A DNA stretch of 64,000 nucleotides from an uncultured Erysipelotrichaceae bacterium. Its GTDB lineage: Bacteria > Bacillota_I > Bacilli_A > RF39 > UBA660. The notes beneath the pieces are model-generated. The model was given only the letters and a program-made list of their open reading frames with translations. It did no database searches and was not told the origin of the DNA. The position numbers and the translations under genes were made by a program. The stretch's first letter is position 1. Each line of letters begins with the position of its first letter. Where the stretch lies: positions 316 through 64,315 of the forward strand of contig CAOJNP010000002.1 of NCBI GenBank assembly GCA_948439995.1. The letters run 5' to 3'. This document shows positions 7,699 through 15,391 of this stretch, one piece after another.

Positions 7699-8817
7699 TT
7701 AAGAAAGATACCATAGTTTTTTTCCATTTTTTCCCACATTTTTAATGATTCCACTCCCAATGCATTCCTCTTCTAAGTAGAGAACACAAAATTGTCCAGG
7801 TGTTACAGCTTTGACACCTTCTGGATATGATACCTTTATTTCATTGTTGTTTAGATATTCTAATTTTACTGGATAATCTTCTCCACGATAACGAAATTTT
7901 GCTGTACATTGACTAGGATTTTTAGTACTGATTAAATTAACGGATTCTAAAGTACACTCTGTGCTGATTAAAAATTCGTTGCTTTCTCCAAATGCAACAT
8001 AAAGAATATTTTTTTCAACATTTTTTCCACATACATAATGTCTTTTTTGATCTCCTGAAAGCCCTACATTTTTTCTTTGGCCAATTGTATAATTCATTAA
8101 CCCATTATGAGTTCCAATGATTTCATTTGTTTCTACATTTATTATGTTTCCAGGATTTGGTTTTAAATAATTTTGAATAAATTTTTGATAGTGTCTTTCT
8201 CCTATAAAGCAAATTCCTGTTGAATCTTTTTTCTTAGCTACATTTAAATTTTGTTCTTCTGCAATTGTTCTTACCTCTGGTTTTGTTAAATGCCCAATAG
8301 GAAACATGACATCTTTTAATTGTTCTGATGATAATTGGGCTAAAAAATAAGTTTGATCTTTATTAGAGTCAATTCCGCGTAATAGTTTTGTTCCTTCTAG
8401 TCTTGCATAATGTCCAGTTGCAATTTTATTCGCGCCTAATTTTTTGGCTTCTTTTTTAAATAAATCAAATTTAATATATTTGTTACATAATAAATCGGGA
8501 TTCGGTGTTCTTCCTTTTTTTAGTTCTTCTAAAAAATAAGTAAAGACATAATCCCAATATTCTTTAATAAAATCAACACGATGGAGAGGTATTTCTAATA
8601 AGTTACACAATTCCAATGCATCGTTGTAATCTTGTTCTTGGGGACAAATATCATGATTTAAAGTTGGATTACCACTAATGTCATTGTTTAGGGTAGCATC
8701 CCAATTTCTCATAAATAAGCCTTCCACTTCATAGCCTTGTTTTTTTAATAAGTATGCGGATACAGCGCTATCTACTCCACCAGAAATTCCAACTATTACT
8801 TTTTCCATCAAAGTCAC
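7699..8817 (-). CDS. mnmA: tRNA-specific 2-thiouridylase MnmA
   Basis: PP-loop VIVGISGGVDSAV and the catalytic Cys motifs of MnmA. The true start is probably MEKVIVG, 3 codons in. Confidence 0.9.
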   Translation of the reverse strand: MTLMEKVIVGISGGVDSAVSAYLLKKQGYEVEGLFMRNWDATLNNDISGNPTLNHDICPQEQDYNDALELCNLLEIPLHRVDFIKEYWDYVFTYFLEELKKGRTPNPDLLCNKYIKFDLFKKEAKKLGANKIATGHYARLEGTKLLRGIDSNKDQTYFLAQLSSEQLKDVMFPIGHLTKPEVRTIAEEQNLNVAKKKDSTGICFIGERHYQKFIQNYLKPNPGNIINVETNEIIGTHNGLMNYTIGQRKNVGLSGDQKRHYVCGKNVEKNILYVAFGESNEFLISTECTLESVNLISTKNPSQCTAKFRYRGEDYPVKLEYLNNNEIKVSYPEGVKAVTPGQFCVLYLEEECIGSGIIKNVGKNGKKLWYLS

Positions 8818-8855
8818 TTCCTAGTTGATATTATATCAAAAAATAGTAGTAATAT

Positions 8856-9434
8856 CTAGCTCAGTAAAAATCCAAAATAGCGGATTAATTTTATTCCTAC
8901 TAAGTCTAAAAATAAATCATAACAAAGTAAAAGTAAAATTAATAAAATACAATTAAGTGTAATATGAAAAATATAATCTTTTTGATTTTTTTTGTATATA
9001 ATCCATCTCATGATACTTTTTCCAATTCTTATAAGTTTGGAAAGAAAAATTCCAAATATTAATAGAAAAAATAATCGTGTTATGATGAAAAAGATTAACA
9101 TATATAATAAACCATTCCATTGATAATTGGTAATAAATAAAGTCAGACAAAAACCAAAAGAAATTCCTTCATAAAAGATGTAACCCACAGCTAAGGGAAT
9201 TCCGATTAAGAAAAAAGTTGATATTAATAAAATTGAAAAAATAGCAAAATGAGTAATACTAAAATGAGTTGCATTTTCAGCAAGACTTAATGCATAATTG
9301 GAAATTGTATTTTGAAAGGAATTACGTGATAACATGCCAAAGTAAATTCCTACAGCAAATCCAAATGCTAGAATAATTGATAAAAAGATCCATAAGTTTT
9401 TATGTTTTGATAAGCTTGTCCATATTTTTTTCAT
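8856..9434 (-). CDS. spoIIM: SpoIIM-like membrane protein (stage II sporulation protein M family, DUF95)
   Basis: 192 aa with 5 TM helices and a SpoIIM-like N-terminal pattern. In Bacillus, spoIIM lies near xerD (ripX), which fits this neighbourhood. No motif-level certainty. Confidence 0.4.
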   Translation of the reverse strand: MKKIWTSLSKHKNLWIFLSIILAFGFAVGIYFGMLSRNSFQNTISNYALSLAENATHFSITHFAIFSILLISTFFLIGIPLAVGYIFYEGISFGFCLTLFITNYQWNGLLYMLIFFIITRLFFLLIFGIFLSKLIRIGKSIMRWIIYKKNQKDYIFHITLNCILLILLLLCYDLFLDLVGIKLIRYFGFLLS

Positions 9435-9511
9435 TTTCTCACCTAATGAATTATATTTACAAAATACATGATTTATGATAAATTATTTTTGTTAAATATG
9501 AGGTGAATAAA

Positions 9512-9607
9512 ATGAGTAAAAAAGCAAGAAAGATTGCAACTTGGATTATGGTATTCATCATGATTGGTAGTGTGGTAGCTACGATTGTGAGTTATGCTTT
9601 GGCCTAA
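9512..9607 (+). CDS. 31-aa single-TM small protein (unannotated)
   Basis: RBS GAGGTG 7 nt before the ATG. Translation: MSKKARKIATWIMVFIMIGSVVATIVSYALA. A terminator follows it. Confidence 0.35.
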   Translation: MSKKARKIATWIMVFIMIGSVVATIVSYALA

Positions 9608-9647
9608 TAGATCATTACTAAAAAGATCGTAGTTTTTTCATTTATAT

Positions 9648-9680
9648 GTCGTAATACTTTTTTAAGATTACGGCTTTTTT
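9648..9680 (+). terminator. rho-independent terminator after the small ORF
   Basis: Stem CGTAAT/ATTACG with a loop, then GCTTTTTT. Confidence 0.5.
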
Positions 9681-9708
9681 AATGAAAAAAAGACTATTTC
9701 AGTCTTTA
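9681..9708 (-). terminator. rho-independent terminator after the zinc-ribbon gene pair
   Basis: Stem AAAGACT-atttc-AGTCTTT overlaps the stop codon of ORF 9706..10452. It is followed on the minus strand by 7 T residues. Confidence 0.55.
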
Positions 9709-10452
9709 TAAAAATAAATTTGGAATTAAATAAATTGCTAAGAAAGAAAAAACGATGATTAAAATTGCAAACAAACGATTATATCCTTTTGCTTCTACTT
9801 CTCCACCTATTTGGTAATTTTGATAGATATTTAAGATTAATAAAAGAATTCCATATAGTATTAAAATAATGGATAATTTATAAGAAAATATTGAGAAGAA
9901 GACGCTTAAAATGCCTACTAATGTTGGTTCAATCATACTAATAGAAAGAATGGATAATGTTTTTTTAAATCCAACTTGTTTATTACAAATTTTTTCAAAT
10001 CCTAATTGAAAAACAATTGCTAATAAAATATAGCTTATAATGAAACCGATTATAATACAACATAGGATTTTAAAATAACTAAAATGCCAAATGTGATTGA
10101 TTCCTGTATATATATTTTTCATGTTTAATGTTTCTGTCGTTAATGCATAAATACCTTTAATAAAAGATATAGCACAGAAACCTAAAATAACGCTTGTAAG
10201 TAGTAAAATAATTAATGTTAAATTAAAGTCTTCTTCTTTTAAAAATTGTGTTACTGTTTCTTTTGGATTTTGAATGATATTTTTACATAAATCGAGTGTT
10301 TTTTGGATGTATTTTTTGGAAGTATTGGTTACTTCTACTTTAATTGTTTCTTTTGCTTTTGCAATTTCTTGCTTCTTTTGTTTGCAATCACAATTTTGAT
10401 CTTTTTTTAATTCTTTTCCACAATATTTACAAAATTTTGCCATTGTTTTCAC
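9706..10452 (-). CDS. zinc-ribbon + polytopic membrane protein (hypothetical)
   Basis: N-terminal CKYCGKEL...CDCK zinc ribbon followed by about 5 TM helices. Confidence 0.5.
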   Translation of the reverse strand: MKTMAKFCKYCGKELKKDQNCDCKQKKQEIAKAKETIKVEVTNTSKKYIQKTLDLCKNIIQNPKETVTQFLKEEDFNLTLIILLLTSVILGFCAISFIKGIYALTTETLNMKNIYTGINHIWHFSYFKILCCIIIGFIISYILLAIVFQLGFEKICNKQVGFKKTLSILSISMIEPTLVGILSVFFSIFSYKLSIILILYGILLLILNIYQNYQIGGEVEAKGYNRLFAILIIVFSFLAIYLIPNLFL

Positions 10453-10457
10453 CTCTA

Positions 10458-11624
10458 CTATTTTTTTCTAAAATAAGTTACTAAACTTTCTATTTTTAAA
10501 ATTTCTTTTTTATCTATGTTATTTATTGTAATATAAAAGGAATCATTACTTTCTTTTTTATATACGTTTTCACCTTCTTTGATTTCATATGTGTAATCTG
10601 CTCGGAATGATAAGTAAATATTTCCTTCTTCTAGCATTTTGATATTTGTGAGTTTAATTTCATTGATTTGAAATTTTGTTAGTCCAGTGTTTTCTAACTC
10701 TTTTTTGAATTTATCATATGTATTTTTTAATTCTTCTATTTTATATATACTATTTAAAGATTGAAACTCTTTTTTTTCAATTGCTCCTAAATAGATGGTT
10801 TCGATTACATCTTTTCCTAATTTTTCCATTTCATCTGTCAATTCTTGGGATGCATCTTTTAGATTAAAGTGATATGTGTATTCTTTGTTTTTTATAGTAA
10901 TCTTTTTTTCTAAACTCATACCATTTTCTAATATTATTTTTAATGGATAGGTTCCTTGAAAAATCAAAGGTATTTTGTAACAATCATATCCTTTTTTTAG
11001 TTCTTCTTTTTCTAAATATTCTTCTAAATTTTGCTCCATTAAAAAGGCTTTTGCTCCAGTTGGTAAATAAATTAATACATCACTTAGTGTTTTGATATTT
11101 GTTTGAATAATTTCCCAATTTGTAAATAAAATCAATCTATTTTTTTCTTTTTTTTCTAAAACATAATCTTTTTCATAAGTAAAATTATGATTTTCCGTTT
11201 TAAAGCTTACATGACAAATTGCTTGGTTTTTGTTCTTTTTCATTTCACATCCTGTTACTTTAAAGTCCGTCATTTTAAATTCATTTAAATCAGGATAAAC
11301 TTTCGAAAAAATTTCTTTGTTGGTAAATTTAGATTCTTCAATTTTTAAGTCTGCTAAAAGATTATCGTAGTTTTTGTTTTCCCAATTTTTTAAATAGTTA
11401 TGAATTGCATTATCTGGAGAATTAAAGTATTTTAATTCTAAGAAGAATAAAAATACAAATCCAATAATACATAAAATAGCAAGAATGATTTTGTTTTCTT
11501 GAGATAATTCTTTTTTCTTTTTTTCTACGGTTATATTGATTGCTGTTTCTTTTAATTTATTGCCACAATGTTCACAAAAGATGGCATCTTCATCTATTTT
11601 TTTTCCACAGTTTTCACAATACAT
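10458..11624 (-). CDS. zinc-ribbon / single-TM / extracellular-domain protein (hypothetical)
   Basis: N-terminal CENCGKKIDEDAIFCEHCGNKL is a classic zinc_ribbon_2. One TM helix, then a ~300-aa extracytoplasmic domain. The gene is 5 nt upstream of the preceding gene, so the two are probably an operon. Confidence 0.5.
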   Translation of the reverse strand: MYCENCGKKIDEDAIFCEHCGNKLKETAINITVEKKKKELSQENKIILAILCIIGFVFLFFLELKYFNSPDNAIHNYLKNWENKNYDNLLADLKIEESKFTNKEIFSKVYPDLNEFKMTDFKVTGCEMKKNKNQAICHVSFKTENHNFTYEKDYVLEKKEKNRLILFTNWEIIQTNIKTLSDVLIYLPTGAKAFLMEQNLEEYLEKEELKKGYDCYKIPLIFQGTYPLKIILENGMSLEKKITIKNKEYTYHFNLKDASQELTDEMEKLGKDVIETIYLGAIEKKEFQSLNSIYKIEELKNTYDKFKKELENTGLTKFQINEIKLTNIKMLEEGNIYLSFRADYTYEIKEGENVYKKESNDSFYITINNIDKKEILKIESLVTYFRKK

Positions 11625-11722
11625 GCTTGCACCTCTATTTTTATCTTAAAAATGTTTTTTTAAATTGTCAAATAAATTTGCTTTTGCATTTCGTTTTAGA
11701 CAAAAAATTAACAAAAAAAGGC

Positions 11723-12703
11723 TTATCTTTCGCCTTCTTTTAGCATCGTTGTAATAAAAATTCCGTAACCATTTTTTACATTATCTACAATCGCATGAGT
11801 GACTGCTCCAATGATTTTACCATTTTGAATAATGGGACTTCCACTCATTCCTTGAATTACTCCTCCTGTTTCTTTTAAGAGTCGTTCATCTGTTATTTCA
11901 AATGTAATATTTTTAATGTCCGCTGAATTGTTTATGTTCGTAATTTCTATGTTGTACTCACCTATTTGATTATCTGTTAAAACTGTATAAATTGTAGCAG
12001 GACCATTAGTAATTTCTTCTGGATTTCCTACTTGAAATATTTTTCCATTTGGTATTTGTGCAGTATAATCGCCAAATACTCCATATAAAGTATTTTTCTT
12101 TATTTTTCCATAGATTTGGTTAAAATTTAAATTGGCATTTTTTTCTCCAACGGTTCCATCGGTACTTTTAATGATTTTTGATACTTCACTATCAAATATA
12201 GTTCCTGTTTTTACTTCAATTCTTTTATTGGATGAACTTTCTAAAATTTCATGTCCTAATGTTCCAAATATTTTGGTACCTGGATCGATGTAAGTTAATG
12301 TACCTATTCCACTAATTCCATCTTTGACATAAAGTCCTGTTTTATAAACTCCATCAATATTTTTAAGAGTTAATTCCGATTCTATTGTTTTATCTTCTCT
12401 TTTTATAGTTAATATGATCTTATTTTGATCTAAATATTTATCAATTGCATTGGTTAATTCTTCAATGGAAGAAACTTCTTTTTTATTTACTTTCGTAATG
12501 ATATCTCCAACTCTTATTTCAGGTGTACCTTTTTGATATTCTCCATCTACTTTATAAAAGCCAATTACCATTACACCATTTGAATCAATATGAATTCCAA
12601 TATTTTCTCCACCAACTATGATTTGATCAGAATAGGCAAAAACCATAACTGGTGAAAGTAAAATAGTTAGATTCACTAAAAATAATAATAATTTCTTTTT
12701 CAC
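11723..12703 (-). CDS. spoIVB: SpoIVB signalling serine peptidase (S55)
   Basis: Nearly identical to the B. subtilis SpoIVB core: ITDERLLKETGGVIQGMSGSPIIQNGKIIGAVTHA (catalytic Ser). Also has the PDZ region and the GIGTLTY...GTLGH catalytic His. Confidence 0.88.
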   Translation of the reverse strand: MKKKLLLFLVNLTILLSPVMVFAYSDQIIVGGENIGIHIDSNGVMVIGFYKVDGEYQKGTPEIRVGDIITKVNKKEVSSIEELTNAIDKYLDQNKIILTIKREDKTIESELTLKNIDGVYKTGLYVKDGISGIGTLTYIDPGTKIFGTLGHEILESSSNKRIEVKTGTIFDSEVSKIIKSTDGTVGEKNANLNFNQIYGKIKKNTLYGVFGDYTAQIPNGKIFQVGNPEEITNGPATIYTVLTDNQIGEYNIEITNINNSADIKNITFEITDERLLKETGGVIQGMSGSPIIQNGKIIGAVTHAIVDNVKNGYGIFITTMLKEGER

Positions 12704-12788
12704 TTTCTCACCTCACATTTCTAGTGTGGCTTATTTGAAAAGAAAAAAAATGACAATAGTTGGTTAGATCCAATTCTTGTCAAAATTT

Positions 12789-13016
12789 TTATTCTTTTTC
12801 TTCTTCTTTGATTTCAAAATTTGCTAATTCGCCATTTTCTTTTAATATTTGAGTAACAGATTCTGATGCGTGATTTAATTTTTCACTACAAAATTTTACT
12901 AGTTTCATCGCTTCTGTGTATTGTTCAATGGCTTTTTCTAATTCAATATTTCCACTTTCTAGTTCTTTTACAATTTTTTCTAATTCTTGTAATGCACTTT
13001 CAAAAGTCCTATTCAT
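12789..13016 (-). CDS. xseB: exodeoxyribonuclease VII small subunit
   Basis: 75-aa helical protein with the FE.AL.ELE.IV..LE XseB N-terminal pattern. It overlaps xseA by 8 nt. Confidence 0.85.
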   Translation of the reverse strand: MNRTFESALQELEKIVKELESGNIELEKAIEQYTEAMKLVKFCSEKLNHASESVTQILKENGELANFEIKEEEKE

Positions 13017-14343
13017 GATTTACCTCCTTTACTATGGCTTTGATACTTCCTTCTCTCAATTTTACACAAATCATATCATTTATTTTTAAATCTTTACTTG
13101 TTTTAATTATGTTTTCATCTTTTTTAAGGATGGAATAGCCTTTTTCTAAAATATTTAAAGGATTTACTAATTTTAGAGTATTGATTGTAAAATTTAATTG
13201 ATGCTGATACTTTTCTAAAATTCGATCCATATGATGAGAGCATATATTTTGATAATTGATTATTTTTTCTTGTTTGTTTTGATAAATAAACAATGGATTT
13301 TTTAATACGTAAGATGTTTCTAATTGCATTAATTTATTTTTTTTATTTTCTAAATATTTTTCAAACCAATGATTAATTTCTTCTGTTATATAATCTAGTT
13401 TCTGTATTTTTGCCTCATAGATCATGTTAGGGTTTTGTAACAGATAAGATTCTTTTAACTTTTTTAGATGTTGTTCTTCGAATTCTATTTTTTTCTTTAA
13501 TGAATTTTTAATTCGTATATTACATTGATCAATTAAATTTTGAACCTCTAACATAGTGGGAACCGATAATTCTGCAGCACCGGTTGGAGTGGGTGCTCTA
13601 AGGTCTGCCACAAAGTCTGATATAGTGTAATCAATTTCGTGGCCTACTGCACTGATAATAGGTATTTGTGAGTCAAAAATCGCTCGAGCAACACTTTCTT
13701 CATTAAATGCCCACAAATCTTCAATAGAACCACCACCTCGACCAACAATTAAGAGATCCAGTGGATAATTTTGGGCTTTATTAATTTGTTTTACAATATC
13801 GGGTGCTGCTGATTTTCCTTGCACTAAAGCTGGAAATAAAATTGTTTCACAAATGGGGTATCTTCTTTTTATGGTACTTAAAATGTCTCGAATGGCTGCA
13901 CCAGATGGGGCGGTAACGATTCCAATTCTTCTGGGATATTTTGGAATTTCTTTTTTATATCGAGCATCAAACAGACCTTCTTTTTCTAATTTTCTTTTTA
14001 ATTCTTCATAAAGAATATAAAGATTTCCTAATCCATCTTCTTCCATTTTTTCGACATATATTTGATAAGTACCCTGAGCTGGATAGCAAGATACTCTTCC
14101 TTCTATTAAAACTTTTTTCCCATCTTCTGGAGTAAACTTTAATTCATAAGTGTTATTTTTAAACATGATGGCACTTACTCTTGATTCTTCATCTTTTAAT
14201 GTAAAATAAAGATGTCCACTCATATGATTTTTAAAGTTAGAAATTTCCCCTTTTAGATAAATTTTATGAAGAAAGGAATTGTCATCTAGTAGCAGTTTTA
14301 TGTATTGATTTAAAGCACTTACTTTAATATAATTTTTTTCCAT
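13009..14343 (-). CDS. xseA: exodeoxyribonuclease VII large subunit
   Basis: OB-fold N-terminus (YIKLLLDDN...GEISNF..H.SGHLYFTLKD), catalytic domain RGGGS.EDLW.FNEE, and a C-terminal coiled coil. Confidence 0.9.
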   Translation of the reverse strand: MEKNYIKVSALNQYIKLLLDDNSFLHKIYLKGEISNFKNHMSGHLYFTLKDEESRVSAIMFKNNTYELKFTPEDGKKVLIEGRVSCYPAQGTYQIYVEKMEEDGLGNLYILYEELKRKLEKEGLFDARYKKEIPKYPRRIGIVTAPSGAAIRDILSTIKRRYPICETILFPALVQGKSAAPDIVKQINKAQNYPLDLLIVGRGGGSIEDLWAFNEESVARAIFDSQIPIISAVGHEIDYTISDFVADLRAPTPTGAAELSVPTMLEVQNLIDQCNIRIKNSLKKKIEFEEQHLKKLKESYLLQNPNMIYEAKIQKLDYITEEINHWFEKYLENKKNKLMQLETSYVLKNPLFIYQNKQEKIINYQNICSHHMDRILEKYQHQLNFTINTLKLVNPLNILEKGYSILKKDENIIKTSKDLKINDMICVKLREGSIKAIVKEVNHE

Positions 14344-14352
14344 GACTTCCTC

Positions 14353-14748
14353 TTATTCTTTGATTATTTTATCTAATACCGCATTGATTATTTTTCTTAC
14401 TGATTCATCACTATATTCTTTTGCAAGTTCAATCGCTTCATTAATTACGACAACGGGAGGAGTATTGGTATTTTTTAATTCATAAATACCCATTCTTAAA
14501 ATAGCGGCTCCTGTTTTATCAATGCGATCAATTGTCCAGTCTTTTACATATTGATTTGCTATTTTATCAATTTCTTTTTTTTGCTTCCATACTCCGTAAA
14601 TGATTTCTTTTACAAATTCATTGTCCATTTCAATATTTTCTTTTATTACTTCCTCTATTTTATATGGTGTTTTTAAAGTTTCATAAATATCAATTTGATA
14701 TAAAATAATCATACATTTTTTTCTTAATTCACTTCGAGATAATGCCAT
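14353..14748 (-). CDS. nusB: transcription antitermination factor NusB
   Basis: 131 aa with the NusB family pattern (SRSELRK..MIILYQ.D...I..A.E.A). It sits immediately upstream of xseA, as in Bacillus. Confidence 0.8.
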   Translation of the reverse strand: MALSRSELRKKCMIILYQIDIYETLKTPYKIEEVIKENIEMDNEFVKEIIYGVWKQKKEIDKIANQYVKDWTIDRIDKTGAAILRMGIYELKNTNTPPVVVINEAIELAKEYSDESVRKIINAVLDKIIKE

Positions 14749-14802
14749 TTTTTCTTCACCTAATTTATTATAACAAAAAGAAAAACAACCTACAAGGATT
14801 GT

Positions 14803-15381
14803 TTATTTTATCTTTTTTCTATAAAGAATCATTTCTTTTTTGATTTCTGGTTCATGATGACTTTTGGTTAAATCAAAGCGATCAATAATCCAACGATTTT
14901 CTGCCATTTCTAATTCTTCTAAAAAAGTAATTACAAATTGATCTTTTAAATGATTATAATTTGGTAAACTTCTTATTTTGGCTTGATTTAGTAAATTTAA
15001 AAAAACATTAAAAGTTTTCCATTTTTTTTGTTTTTTTCTTTTTTGATCGATTGTAGTGTTTTCATCTAATAGTATAAATCTTTCTTCATAATAAGGTGTT
15101 CCATCTTCCATAAATTCACTTATGATTGGTGTTTTAATGATAGATTTTGCAATTTCTTTTAATTGGGGTAAAACTTTTTTTAGTTCGCTCAGTATTTCAC
15201 TTTCTTCTTCTTTTCTTGTTTCCTTTTCTCTAAAAAGATTTTGACATTTTGTTAATAAAGTAAATAAAAGAATTCTTTTTTCTTTTTTATCACTTACAAC
15301 TTTTAATAAATCAATGCAATTTCTTGCAATTAGTTCTTCATTTTTTTGCATGGAAAATTCGGTTTCATACTGTTTTTCCAT
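14803..15381 (-). CDS. hypothetical cytoplasmic protein
   Basis: 192 aa, charged and helical, between mutS and nusB. It occupies the position where mutL is usually found, but it is not MutL. Confidence 0.45.
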   Translation of the reverse strand: MEKQYETEFSMQKNEELIARNCIDLLKVVSDKKEKRILLFTLLTKCQNLFREKETRKEEESEILSELKKVLPQLKEIAKSIIKTPIISEFMEDGTPYYEERFILLDENTTIDQKRKKQKKWKTFNVFLNLLNQAKIRSLPNYNHLKDQFVITFLEELEMAENRWIIDRFDLTKSHHEPEIKKEMILYRKKIK

Positions 15382-15391
15382 TTTCTACCTC

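Larger units (their letters stand above)
5310..7700. mobile_element. putative degenerate integrated RCR-plasmid / integrative mobilizable element remnant (membrane protein, RepB-like initiator, XRE regulator)
   Basis: A four-ORF islet sits between two housekeeping genes (zupT and mnmA). It holds a Rep_2-family HUH initiator, an XRE HTH regulator with its own strong promoter and operator-like IR, and a 10-bp perfect hairpin downstream of rep. No integrase or relaxase is present, so it is probably a remnant. Confidence 0.4.

Noticed and set aside
7545-7745. Intergenic-spanning small ORFs (7545-7745, 11540-11743, 18002-18202, 18242-18427)
   Set aside because: They overlap promoters or terminators and gene ends, have low-complexity hydrophobic translations and no RBS. 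Not credible genes.
12704-12788. Possible sigma-F/G promoter for spoIVB
   Set aside because: A CACACTA -10-like element is present but no convincing -35 at the correct spacing. It cannot be supported without a PWM.
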